From: Hyaloraphidium curvatum SAG 235-1
Lineage: Eukaryota > Fungi > Monoblepharomycota
Length of the DNA: 64,000 nt
Assembly: GCA_025558095.1 (NCBI GenBank)
Contig: JAIVFI010000008.1
Location: forward strand, 310,001 to 374,000
Direction: 5' to 3'
Shown: positions 48,666-60,702 of the stretch, piece by piece
How positions within the stretch are numbered: the stretch's first letter is position 1
How the letters are laid out: each line of letters begins with the position of its first letter
Notes under the pieces: model-generated
What the model saw: only the letters and a program-made list of their open reading frames with translations
Database searches by the model: none
Told to the model about the DNA's origin: nothing
Position numbers and translations under genes: made by a program

Positions 48666-49517
48666 ATGGCCGCCGGCGGCGAGACCATCCTCACGCTCAT
48701 CAAGGCGGACCACCGCGGGTTCCTCCGGCTGGCGCAGCAGCTCGAGAACGACGTGGTGGACAAGGACCTCCGCCAGCGCATCCTGAACACGTTCATTAGG
48801 GAGGTTGCGGTGCACTCGACCTTGGAAGAGTGAGGATCGTCGGCACCGGTTGCGTCCGAGTTGCTGACTGACGAGTCCGACAAGGGCGTGCGTCTACCCG
48901 ATGATCACAACGAAGATGGGCCAGGAGGTCTCGAACCAGATGCGTGCCGAGCACCAGGTTCGTTGCGGCACCCTCTGGCTTTGCGCTCGGAGACCTGACA
49001 CCCGATCGTCCCTCGCCGAGCAGCCTGTCAAGGACAAGCTCTACGAGGTCGATCAGATCGGCTATGTAACCGACCCCAAGATCGCTCCGCTGATCAAGGA
49101 CGTCGTGGACCACCTCAAGACGCACATCAAGCACGGTACGATCGCGGAGCCTGGCCGTACCTTCGAACCGCTCTGATCGCCCCGACAGAGGAAGAGCAGG
49201 AGATCCCGCGCCTCGAGAGCTTGCTGTCCGCGAGTGAGATGCAGACCCTCGTCAACACCTGGCACACCGTGCGTTTCTTGGCTCTCGAGCGTGGCTTCAT
49301 CGGCTGACCGTCCCCACGTTGACAGATGCGCCCCACGATCCCCACCCGTCCCCACCCGTCCGCCCCCGCCAGCGCTCCCGGCAACATCATGGCCTCGGCC
49401 GTCGCCACGCCGTTGGACAAGATGAAGTACGTGTCGCCTCCAGGGCACCTCAGTTGCCCGATCTGATCGTCGTGCAGGGACCTGGTGAGGTCGTACATTG
49501 ACGTCGACAAGTCTTGA
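48666..49517 (+). CDS. hemerythrin/HHE cation-binding domain protein
   Basis: IKADH, HSTLEE..VYP, EHQ, HIKHEEEQE, PTRPHPSAP; multi-exon. Confidence 0.85.
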
Positions 49518-49645
49518 GCCGTCACTGGAGCAAGGAGGAACTCTGAATCGAGCATCTTGATGTCGCATTTCTGACTTTGCAACACGATCGTTGTTTGCGC
49601 GGTGATCGTTGCGTGTCCCCTCCGTGTCCCAATCTCCGTTCATTC

Positions 49646-50455
49646 ATGGGCTCCTCCTCGAGCAAACAGCCGGCCAATGGCGCGGCAGCGGGGCCGAAGC
49701 AGGCCCCGCCAAAGATCACGGCCAAAGACCGTGCCATTTTGGACCTGAAGGTGCAGCGGGACAAGCTGCGCCAGTATCAGAAGCAGCTCGAGGCCGTGCA
49801 GGCCCGCGAGACGGAGCTGGCCAAGGAGTTCCTCGCGAAGGGGGACAAACGGAGGGCACTGCTCGCGCTGAAGAAGAAGAAGTACCAGGATACGCTGCTG
49901 GAGAAGACGGACAATCAGATGCTGGTCTTGGAACAGCTGGTGGGGGATGTCGCGGCGCGGAGCGTGCGATGCGCCCTGACGGCGCGTCCTTTCGTGCTGG
50001 ATCGCTGCAGACCAGTTCCATCGAATTTGCGCTCGTGGAAAAGCAGGTCGTCGAGGGCCTGAAGACAGGTTCCGCGGTGCTGAAGGAGCTCAACAACGAG
50101 ATGAAGATCGAGGACGTGGAGCGTCTCATGGACGACACCGCGGACGCCATTGCGTACCAGCAGGAGGTTTCCGATCTCCTGAGCTCCAAAATTACGGCCG
50201 AAGACGAGGAGGAGATCGAACGGGAACTGGACATGCTCGTCGCAGAAGAGGAGCGGGAGGCCGCGTCCGGTCAGCTGGACAAGCTGCCCGAGGTTCCTAC
50301 CGCGCCTTTGCCAGACGTGGGAGACAAAGGCAAGCGATGTCTTGCCCAAACGAGGGAGTTTGATTCTAACAGACTCTCCACCCCACGTCACAGTTCCAAC
50401 TCCGGCCAAGGCAAAGGAGAAGAGCCGCAAGAAAGAAGATCTTGTGGCAGCATAA
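49646..50455 (+). CDS. VPS20: ESCRT-III subunit Vps20/CHMP6 (Snf7 family)
   Basis: Myristoylation start MGSSSS; ITAKDRAILDLKVQRDKL, ALLALKKKKYQ, IEFALVEKQVVEGL, VERLMDDT. Confidence 0.93.
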
Positions 50456-50581
50456 CACTCGTCAGCCACGAGATGATGACCCGAAGCCATCGTGCAACCC
50501 ATGGAAGCTCTTGGACTTCTTGGCATCGGTCCCCGCAGCTCTGAAGGACGCCAGCGCCCTTCGCAGCGCCCACCGCCCGTG

Positions 50582-51153
50582 TCACTCTTTCGATAAGTGG
50601 GCGATTCGGGTGGCTGATGCTTCCCAAGAGTTTCGCCCGTCGAACGGGTGGATTATCATTTTCGAGATGGAATTGCCCTCAATGCACCTTGCGTTGACAT
50701 CCCATCCGTCTTGGAGCACGTCAGAGGCGGCAACGGAAAGTGTGTTGAAGGGAACTCACCGGGATTGGACCGTGGAACGTAGAAGGGGGCTATTCCGCAC
50801 CTTCAGAGCCAATGTATGAGCGTCGCGGGGCCATGAAGGCCCAAATCCACACTACCTCGAGCAGAAGTAGTGTTTGGCGGTGCCAGTACCGAAGGTATAG
50901 AGGGATAAGTCACTCTCGTCAGCCAATAATCGGAATCGCGACTGGGGGACGATAAGATGAAGGAAGCCCTTCTTCGTGCAGATCCTTGAGCGGTGGTCAT
51001 AAGGCACAGGCACAAGCAGGGTTCAGGCAAGGTCCTCTCTCACGTGCAGTTGCAATCCTCGACATCGATTTCGGAAGACGGTGTGTAACACTCAAAACGA
51101 ACGCGTCCGCAATGGCATCCGCCAGAGTGCTTTACAAGGTTCTCGCTCTCCAT
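50582..51153 (-). CDS. GFA/CENP-V family protein
   Basis: HSGGCHCGRVRF, CNC.IC.KKGFLHLIVP, YTFGTGTAKHYFC, GWDVNARC, FDGRNSWE. Confidence 0.88.
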
Positions 51154-51402
51154 CGGGAGCCAGGCAGCCACGGTTCTATCGATTGCGTGCCTCCGGGTTG
51201 TGTTGTCAATATCGGAGCTTCGGGCCGGCCGAAGTCCTCGACGGCAACGAGCGTCCCGTATCAATGCGTGCTGTTGACTTGATTGGAGTGCCGACGACCG
51301 CCACATCACTCGCACGGGGACCCCATGGCGACAGCTCTGGGGACCTTGAAATCAATCTTCGAAACTTGAGCCGAGATCTTGCGATCCGGACCTTGCATGA
51401 AC

Positions 51403-53233
51403 ATGAAGGAAACGGGGCTTCGGCACCTTCCGAACCCGTATGTCCACCTGGATGATACGCCCCTCCCTGCGGAGTGGGAGGGCCGCCTTCGGGCCCAACT
51501 AGATCAGGAGGCGCGCACTCTGCTGGACAATGTTCAGCACGGACTGCTCCGGGGCGGCGGCGTGGTGAGTTGACGCGCTGACTGTCACGGAGTTCCGGGG
51601 GTTGAAGTGCCTCCCGCTCCGAACTGCCCAGGACATCTACACCGGTTACGCGTGAGTTTTGATGGGCTTGGGCAGCCGATGATGAAGAATCACACCGCCA
51701 TGCGTACAGTGGCGTTGCGTTCTTCTTCAAGCGTCTCGCTGAGTTCGACCCAAGCGTTACGTATCCCATTGAAGTGGAAGGCCATGGGCGGAAGGAAGAG
51801 ACGGCATTGGTACGTATGGCACGAGCGTGTCTTCTTACTCGCCTCACTCATCTCTCGACAGCAAATTGCCAAGCGCTACTCCGACACTGCCATGAACCTT
51901 CTTCAGATCGCGACCCCGGGCAACGATGTAGCGTTTCTGACCGCGCCGTCCGTTGGCGCCGTTTGTGTGTCGGCAGCGATCGACGTCAAGATGGGGAAGA
52001 TGCGCCAAGCCGAGGACAAGGCCCAGAAGGTCCTGGCGACCACGTCGCGGAGCGTTGAGCAGACCGAGACTCCCAGCGAGCTACTGTGCGTAGCGGGTCA
52101 CGAAGGCTTTCCACCGTGCAAAGCTGATTCGATTCGCAGCTACGGGCGAGCTGGCTTGCTTTATTCTTACCGGTTCCTGGGCATCAAGTGCAAGATTGCC
52201 GTGCCCGAAGAAAGCGTTCGACTCGCGTTTTGTGGGTTGTTCCGCCTGACCAAATGCAACGATCATGGCTCATTCGCGACCAGATACAACCATCCAGGAC
52301 GGCATCCGCACCGCAAGAGACTCTTCCTTCCGCACCCTGGCCATGCGGCTCGGCATCGAGTCTCTCCCGCCGCTCATGTGGAGGTTCTTCGGCAAGACGT
52401 ACCTGGGGGCCGCACACGGAGTGGCCGGGATCATCACTGAGCTCATGCACTATCCACTGCTTCTGGATACGCCAATGTCGCGGTACCTTGGCACCGAGGC
52501 CCAGGAGGCGGACCTCACCGTCAAGGACCTGCTCTTCGAGACCATACAGTGGCTTGTCGGTCTATTGCACCCCAATCTGCCTTCTTCGCTCGATAGCATG
52601 AAGGACTCTCTGGTCCAGTGGTGTCACGGAGCGCCTGGCGCGGCGATCATGCTTTGCAAAGCGCTCGACGTCTACGGTCCAGAGAACGGGATTGAGGAGG
52701 CCGCAATCAAAAGCGCGGACGTGGTATGGGATCAAGGATTGCTGAAGAAAGGCGTTGGTGGGTATCGATCGAGAACTCAGAGGCGACATCCGCTTACTGA
52801 CGGATCAGGACTGTGCCATGGCATTGCGGGAAACGCCTACGCGTTCTTGCACCTCTTCAAGGCAACGGGAGATAGCAAGTACTTTGCCCGTGCCGTGCGC
52901 TTTGCTCTGTTTGGGCTAGATTGGCAGGTAAGGACGAGCTGCCGGAGGCGCACTCGATCGCTTGCTGACTCGAGGTCAAGGAACGCACCGAGCGAGGCGA
53001 GTTCCGTCACCCGGACCACATTTGGTCCCTCTTCGAAGGTAGCGCTGGATACGCCAACCTTGCTGGTCGATATTTTGCGGGTCAAGGGAAACCGCGAGGT
53101 CGCCGTTGGGTTCCCCTGTCAGGCTGATCTCCCGGACTCTCAAACATCTTCGGTTCGTTTGTTGGCCGAATCCTATAAGCCTGATCAATTCCTGACGATT
53201 GCTTCCCGCCGTAGTCTTCTGATTCCCCTCTAG
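51403..53233 (+). CDS. LanC-like protein (LanCL/GCR2 family); apparent +1 frameshift near 53059, end uncertain
   Basis: IYTG, YGRAG, YLGAAHG, QWCHGAPG, GLCHGIAGNAY, WSLFEG motifs; multi-exon. Confidence 0.9.
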
Positions 53234-53376
53234 CTCCTGGGCTGTAGGCTTATACCTCTAGTTTGATCTGTCTTCACGGAGTGCTACGGTCCGCACGAAC
53301 TGGAACCGCGGGATAGGCTCGGCCTCTCTTTACTTAACTGAATCCGTGTCATGGCACGGTGGATTAAGCCTGACGT

Positions 53377-54010
53377 GCCCTTCTAGCTGTCGGCAGCCTT
53401 GCCGTACGGACGAGCGAGGGATCCGTGTCCCACCGGGCTGCTCGAGGGATTCGAGGGACCGGGCCGGACTCTTTAGCTTCTGATTACTCGCATCCGCTTG
53501 ATCGCGGATGCCGAACGTCCGTGTGCGGGGCAGGCGAGGGCCTGGAAGTTAGTGCTGCGGCGCCGAACTTTGCGCGGCGGCGCGAGTCTCAGGTTTTCCT
53601 TCAAGACCACACTCGAACAGGTCCGTGCCCTCCACGCGCCTGCCTGCCGCCGGCGGTCCGTTCTGACGCTCGCTCCTCCTCAGGATCATGTTTGTAGTCG
53701 GTCTCTAGTCTTTTGCTTCCACAAAAGACACTCCTTTTATCGTCGATGATGAGCCGAGATGCTCCCGGCCGAGAGTGAGGTTGTCGGGCGGCTGCACTTC
53801 GGCTGGACCCCGGTCCTCGGCCGTCCTGCGCCCCCGAGCGAAGACCGACTCGCCGCCTCATTCCGGCGGCGAGGACGCCGGGAAGCATGGTCTGACACGA
53901 TGGGAGAAAAGCAGCAACAACACCCAATCAAAACAACAAACGGTAAACAAACGAAGCGCTCCGGCGCGCCGCGGGCTCGATGGGCAAGCTCTCCGGTATG
54001 TTTCGAATGC
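53377..54010 (+). repeat. 634-bp direct repeat, copy 1 (U3 gene with flanks)
   Basis: Identical by eye to 57066-57699 (offset 3,689). Confidence 0.95.
53603..53901 (+). ncRNA. U3: U3 snoRNA, copy 1, with spliceosomal intron 53621-53683
   Basis: Splicing gives AAGACCACACTCGAACAG|GATCATG (GAC/A' box and box A); box C' GATGATGA at 53745; box B GAGAGTGA; box D TCTGA at 53891; terminal stem ATCGT/ACGAT. The intron has a GTCCGT donor, CTGAC branch and CAG acceptor. Confidence 0.85.
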
Positions 54011-54100
54011 ACTTCTTTCGCGTAGGCAATAGTGAGCAGACTCTCCATCGCGGATTCGCGGTTGAGACATTTCAGACCGTCCGAATCGCTGCGCTTCGGC

Positions 54101-56039
54101 ATGGACGAAGGGAACTTCCAGGCCGCGGCCGAGCTCATCCGGAACGAGACGTACATTCAACAAGCTCGGCAGTCGCGGAAGGGGCGGGAACAGCTCGTCC
54201 GACAGCTGGTTCGCGTCTCCCTCGGAATCTCGCCCAAACGTTCATTCTCGTCCCTCTTTCTTTACATTCATCTGCAAGCTCCACCATCGGACTCTGCCGG
54301 AGAAAGGATGGAGCGATGCGGTCATCGAAGCCGTTCTTGCGGAGATCTCGGCCATGGATTCAAACAACTTTGAAGGTGCTCCTCCTCCCTGCTGCTCTTG
54401 GCACCCGAGGACTAATGAGGCTTTGGCAGGGAATGTCGGATTGGGAGAAAGAGAAGCACGCGTGTTCAGCTCTCTTGTGGCTCAGCGTCACTACAGGTGA
54501 ATCGTGTGCTGGGGACGCCGCGCTTCAGCAGTTGAACCTCCCTTCACGATCCTTGCGAAGATTTGGACACGGAATCGGACGTTCTGGAGACATCGCTGAA
54601 GTGTAAGTCCTGTCTTTTGCGCCCTGTCCTCGTTAGAACGCGCTGAGGGCCGTTTGCACAGTCAGCCAAAGGCGGCCGGATCCTCTCTGATTCAGAAACT
54701 GACAAACTACCTTGTTACGGACGCTCTGCGAATAGCTGGTAGGTCGAGCAGGTGCGCTTTTGACATCTTCATTGATCGCTAGCTGCCAGGTGCGTCGAAA
54801 CCTTCGACGGCGGCCTGCATCGTTTTCCCAATGGCAACGGGGATGACGCTGGCGCTCGCTCTTCGCGCCATCAAGAACAAGCGGGGCCCAAAGGCCAAGT
54901 ACGTTGTCATGCCCCGTATCGACCAGAAGTCTTGCATGAAGGCGATCTTGACTGCCGGTTTGTTGCATTTCCTCCGCAAACTAGCTAGTTTTGCTGACCA
55001 TTTTCAAGGCCTCGAGCCCATCTTTGTCGAGAATGTGATTCAAGGTGACGAAGTTCGCACCGACTTGCAAGCTGTTGAGGCCGCGATAAGGGATAATCCG
55101 GATTCCGTCGTGTGCGTTTACAGCACGACGAGCTGCTTTGCTCCTCGGGTTCCCGACGCGTAAGCATTAACCTTCCATACCGCTGCGAGCTCTAATCCTT
55201 TTTTAAGACTGCCGGAAATCGCAGTCATCTGCGCCAAGTACGGGGTTGGGCACTTGATCAACAACGCCTATGGTGTGCAGTCGAGCAAGTGCATGCACCT
55301 CGTGTCGGAAGCGTGCCGGATCGGGAAAGTGGACCTTTGGGTCCAATCGACGGACAAGAACTTCATGGTCCCGATCGGGGGCGCAGTCGTTAGCGGACCG
55401 GACAAGGCGCTCGTGGAAAGCATGGGTAAACTCTATCCTGGTCAGTGCGTTCTTTTCGACCGCTGAAACATAGCTTGATGAAGCGTTCATGAGCAGGTCG
55501 AGCTTCAATGTCGCCGATCCTGGATTTGTTCATCACGCTTCTGTCGATGGGTTCGGCAACTTGGAAAGAAGTCTTGAAGCAGCGGAAAGAGTCTTACACC
55601 TACCTTCACGGACGTTTGAACGAACTTGCTGTCGCGCACGGCGCGAAGCTTCTCGACGTTCGCAAGAACGACATTTCGCTGGCGCTGTCTCTTTCTCCGT
55701 TCGATTCGACAGATGAACCAAAGAAGATCAGCTTCCTCGGATCTATGCTTTTCTCCCGCTTTGTTTCCGGGACTCGGTAAGTGGCAGAGGTCCTCGTCGC
55801 TTCATTCAGCTGGTTTTGATCTCGCTTTCAGCGTGGTGCCCAGATTATCAACAGCGACGCCCATATCCGGATTGCCGGCGGTCGAAGGATGGATGTCTCA
55901 TTGTCGCAACTATCCCGTGGCTTACCTTACTGCTGCTGCCGCAGTTGGCTTGCGGAAAGAGGAGGTTGACGACTTTATTGCACGACTGGACAAGGTGCTC
56001 GCGGAGTTTCGACGGAGTCGGGAACGGGGAGAAACGTAG
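54101..56039 (+). CDS. SEPSECS: O-phosphoseryl-tRNA(Sec) selenium transferase
   Basis: [83 protein letters not shown]. Confidence 0.95.
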
Positions 56040-56089
56040 AGCCTGCCCTGGAGCCACCTGTATTCCAGCAGGTATATTCTGTTGCTCCA

Positions 56090-56876
56090 CTACTTCTTCT
56101 TGCCCTCCTTCTTTTGAATGGTCTCGTCGCCAACGAAGACGCCCTTTTGGTTGCTGTGGACAATACGGAGAGGAGAATGGGCGTACCATTAGTCTTGAGG
56201 ACCAAACAGATCACGCAGCAGACACATACTAAGGCTCCGGTGGCCGCCATGCCCGAATTTGAGAGGCGAATTTCGTGACAAGGGGCCAATCGATCCCCGA
56301 CAGCTTTATCCGTTGCGGGTTCTGAACCGCCACGGTGACGCCGTCCGGCACGGGCACCAGGATCTGGTGCGAATAGCCCAGCTTCAAATCCAGCTTATTG
56401 TCCACAAGAGTCGCGCGGTAACCGACGCCGACGAGGCGCACGATCAAGCTGACGCCGTCCGAAACGCCCTCGACCATGTTGGTCACCAGCGCGTTGGTCG
56501 TGCCCCACATCTGGCGCTGTTTCTTCTCCTTTGGATCCTCGCACATCACTTTTAGGCGCCGCATGTCCGACTCCTGTACGGGAGTCTCGTCGAACGAGAT
56601 GAACGGAAAGATGGGCATCTTCAGCGTGCCCTTGGGGCCCGTCACGACCACATGGCGCCGCGAATTCGTCGCGGGCGCGATGTCCAAGTCCTCAACCTTG
56701 ACGGTCACCTCCTTCGGAAGCGTGATGAGGCGCTTGCCGACGTAGGACTGCGATGGGCGCGTCGCGTGGAAGGCGCGCGCCGTCGGGGCGGTAGGCACCG
56801 CAACGGATTGCGGAGCCGCCCATCGCAATTGTCCGAGGGAGCAGGCCGACGGCCTGGCCAGCAATCTGCTCGCCAT
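56090..56876 (-). CDS. MRPL6: mitochondrial ribosomal protein uL6m
   Basis: Presequence, SYVGK, GPKGTL, LVGVGYRA, LGYSH, RPPEPY|NQKGVF (intron within the Tyr codon). Confidence 0.95.
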
Positions 56877-57065
56877 GGGACCGAGGACGCAATCGGGGTC
56901 AGTGTGTTTGTGGAGGCAGGCACGGACCGCCTGGGCCGGCAGGTCGCCTCACTACCCCCTTCTCACTTCGAGACCTGGATGAGGTCTGCATGTGCCTTGA
57001 TTCGGGGTACAGAGATGGATGTGCATCAGAACTAACAATTCACTTACGACGGATGATCTGGACGA

Positions 57066-57699
57066 GCCCTTCTAGCTGTCGGCAGCCTTGCCGTACGGAC
57101 GAGCGAGGGATCCGTGTCCCACCGGGCTGCTCGAGGGATTCGAGGGACCGGGCCGGACTCTTTAGCTTCTGATTACTCGCATCCGCTTGATCGCGGATGC
57201 CGAACGTCCGTGTGCGGGGCAGGCGAGGGCCTGGAAGTTAGTGCTGCGGCGCCGAACTTTGCGCGGCGGCGCGAGTCTCAGGTTTTCCTTCAAGACCACA
57301 CTCGAACAGGTCCGTGCCCTCCACGCGCCTGCCTGCCGCCGGCGGTCCGTTCTGACGCTCGCTCCTCCTCAGGATCATGTTTGTAGTCGGTCTCTAGTCT
57401 TTTGCTTCCACAAAAGACACTCCTTTTATCGTCGATGATGAGCCGAGATGCTCCCGGCCGAGAGTGAGGTTGTCGGGCGGCTGCACTTCGGCTGGACCCC
57501 GGTCCTCGGCCGTCCTGCGCCCCCGAGCGAAGACCGACTCGCCGCCTCATTCCGGCGGCGAGGACGCCGGGAAGCATGGTCTGACACGATGGGAGAAAAG
57601 CAGCAACAACACCCAATCAAAACAACAAACGGTAAACAAACGAAGCGCTCCGGCGCGCCGCGGGCTCGATGGGCAAGCTCTCCGGTATGTTTCGAATGC
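57066..57699 (+). repeat. 634-bp direct repeat, copy 2 (U3 gene with flanks)
   Basis: Identical by eye to 53377-54010. Confidence 0.95.
57292..57590 (+). ncRNA. U3: U3 snoRNA, copy 2, with intron 57310-57372
   Basis: Same sequence as copy 1. Confidence 0.85.
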
Positions 57700-57993
57700 T
57701 TTGTACACTTCTTCCGCGTAGGCGCGTCGGTATGGAACTCTCCGGAGCGGTATCGAATAGATCCATCCCTCGCCTCCTCCTTCGACCCCGTTTCGTCCAC
57801 CAAATGTCCCGACAAAGGCCATCAGCAAGTCCAATCAAGTCGTCCTGAATGGCTGCCGCGCGCATGAAGCCGCCAGTCGAGGAGATCTATGGCGGTGGCG
57901 CCGCCAGGTCCCCTGCCGGGTGGGAGAAGTCCCCCAGCTTCCACCGGCGCCGACCTGAGCCGAATCCTCGTACCGCAGCTCTTCCCAGAATGC

Positions 57994-59021
57994 TCAGCCG
58001 GCCATCAAATCCGCGCCCTTGTCCGTGACCGCCTTGGCAAACAGCTCCCTGGGCACGACCCCGTTGTCGTTGCCCGGCGTGAGAATCACCCCGTTGGCGG
58101 ACCTGTAGAACCGCAGGCCGGCCTGCATCGCCCGCGCGGCGTCGATGTGGATGAAGAGGTTGCAGGATCCGCGCATGCCGCTGGGAAAAGCGTTGCTGTT
58201 GGTCCGGGGGTGCCGGGAAGGAGAAAAACGGGATGGGCCCACCTGATGACCCCGTCCTCGCCGAGCATGCCGGAAGCGCAGTGGATGTGGTTGCGCGACA
58301 TTCGGGAAAGGCCGGATTTGGCTGGAGGGAAATGAATGCGGCGTGCGGGCGTTGGCAAGGGCGCCGGACCGGCCAGGGAGGGCAAAGACCCACAAATGCT
58401 CGACCAGTGCTTCTGGTACGTGCCGTGGATGACCACGGGAATCTCGGCGGGGTCCGTAATTTCCTTGAGGTCGAGATCTTCCACCTATACTCGTGGGGGA
58501 GTACGTCGGTAAATAGGAGGGTGGGAAAGGGGCAGAAAAGGCACACCTCCAACGAATGTCCCTGGTTCGCCCTGATCAGGTAGACGAGAACCTCTTCCTC
58601 GTCTTTCGCAGCTGCAGGTCCGGGTGCCGGTGGCGCAGCGTCCGCGCCTACGGTGTCGGACCCCCGGCTGCTCTCCGTAATGAGCGTGAACCGCTTCTTT
58701 TCGTTGTCCCTGACGACCAGCTGGATGTCCCTGAGCTTGTAGCCCTTGAACAACTTGTGTGCCAGCTGCCCGGAACCGCCAGAGTCCGCCTGTCAACCCG
58801 GTGGAACAGCACCGAAGACTCGTTCGACGAACCAGGTCGTCCACTTTCACGTATCCGTCCTTGCGCATCGGAATGCCCTCCTTCTGGGCCCCGTGGCGCA
58901 GCACGTAGGACAGGGACTTTGACAGCTTGACGTTGTGGGAAGACGGGGGGTGCGAGGCGCCTCCCCCGGAACGCGGCGTCCTGGGGGCGTTTGGCCGCCC
59001 GGCGGCCGGCGAGGAGGCCAT
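57994..59021 (-). CDS. TPT1: tRNA 2'-phosphotransferase
   Basis: LSKSLSYVLRHGA, NEKKRF, IRANQGHS, HGT, GLSRMSRNHIH, SGMR, SANGVILTPGN. Confidence 0.94.
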
Positions 59022-59371
59022 CGCGCGTGTGTGGCCGACCACGAGGGCCGAGAGCGGCACGAGGAGGCCGGAGCGACGCGTCCTTGCGATTCGCGCGAGC
59101 TGATTTCCGGAGCGTGATCGAGCGCGACGCGGGGCCCCGCGTGCCCTTCCACTCCAGGGTCTTCTCGACGACCGCGACAACTCCGCGCAGGTGAGGCATT
59201 CTCCCGTGCCGCGCGGCAGGCGCGATCAGCAGTGCCGCGCGCACCCGCTGCGCGTGCCGCGGAGGCCGCCGCGCCCCCCCGCCCGCCGCGCGGCATCGCT
59301 GCCCCGCACCCGCTGACCCGCCCCCCGCAGCGCCCGCCGCCCGCCCTCTTTGCATTCAACAATCCGCAGCA

Positions 59372-60290
59372 ATGGCCGACTGGTTCTCGTCGTCGTCCGT
59401 CAACATCCGCGTGCGTGGCCCGCCGCACCCCGCTCGGGGTCCGCCGCTCACCGCTCCCATCCGCCCCCCATCCGCCATCACTCCCTCGGCCGGCCATTCA
59501 TTCATTGCATCCCGCCAGCCCGGCGTTGATGTCTGCCCCGACCCGCGCTACAAGCCGTGCACCGCCCCCGCGCCCGCGCCCTCGGCCCCCGAGCCGACCC
59601 CCGCCCCGGCCGGGCCGTCGCAGCCCGCGCCCGCCGTCGTGCCGCCCGCCCAGGCAAACAACCAGCAGCCCGCCGTGCAGCCCACCGGCCCCGCCACCGC
59701 CCAGGAGCAGCAGCCCTCGGTGCAGCCCACCGCGCCCATCCAGCAGGAGCCCGCAACCGTGCCCCCCGGGCCCGCCAAGCCCCCGGGGCCCGGGCCGGCC
59801 GTGCTGCCCGCCATCGGCGCCGGTAGGCCGGGACAGAACAAGCCCTCGGTAGACCCTGCGGGCCCCGGCCTGGCGACCAAGGACCACACCGTCGCCGTGA
59901 GTTTGCCTGCTCTGCCGCAAATGCGCGAAAGCTGACCCGCCGTTGTGTTGGATCGCAGCCCGGCGACACCTTCTACATCCTGGCCGGCAGGTACGCCACC
60001 TCGGTCGAGGACATCCAGGCCGCCAACCCCGGCGTCAACCCGGAGGCGCTCCAGGTCGGCCAGGTCATCAAGATCGGCAAGAAGGTCACCCCCGTGAGTT
60101 CCCGGCGCCCATCTCTCCCACCGTGGAAGTCGCCTGACACTCCTCGGTCCAGTACACCATCCAGGGCGGCGACACCTACTACGGCCTCGTCCAGTCCGGC
60201 AAGGCCACCTCGGTCGAGGCCCTGCAGGCCTGGAACGAGGGCGTCAACCCCGAGGCCCTCCAGGTCGGCCAGAGCATCAACCTCGCCTAG
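59372..60290 (+). CDS. LysM-domain protein (Pro/Gln-rich linker, two C-terminal LysM domains)
   Basis: HTVAPGDTFY..A.RY.TSVEDIQAANPGVNPEALQVGQVI and YTIQGGDTYY...LQAWNEGVNPEALQVGQSI; start uncertain. Confidence 0.85.
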
Positions 60291-60702
60291 GCCTAGGCGG
60301 GCTTCTCTATCGGCCGTGTACGCCAGCCCATGCGTGCGCGTGGCCTGAATTTATACGATCACCTATGCTCCTTGTCTCTTTCGTCCGCATTCGTCCGTTG
60401 GGAAGCATGTTTTGAGGTCGGAGGGCGCTGCCAGTTTTGATGTGTCAGAGATCTGTTGGGCGCACGCGGGGGGCGCGACCCTTACTCTGCGAACTTTCGG
60501 ATCCCCACACAAATGCGCGTCGCAGGCGGCCCCGCGGCCGCTGGATAGGCTGCCGTTGTTCCGTACGCTGCAGCCGGCGTGCTTCGCGGCCCGCGAGGCG
60601 CCGACCCGCGCGCCCACGCGCCGAACCGCCCGCGACCTTCCCGCGCCGCGCGCGGCTCCCCCGAGCCCGCCCGCGCCCGTGCCGCGCCCTAAGCCCGCGA
60701 AA

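Noticed and set aside
51403-53233. LanC as part of a lanthipeptide cluster or linked to bacillithiol
   Set aside because: Intron-rich eukaryotic LanCL type with no LanB or precursor peptide nearby, and more than 20 kb from the bsh genes.
53377-57699. Direct repeats as LTRs or a composite transposon
   Set aside because: No TG...CA ends, PBS, gag/pol or transposase; the repeat is explained by a U3 snoRNA gene and the enclosed genes are housekeeping.
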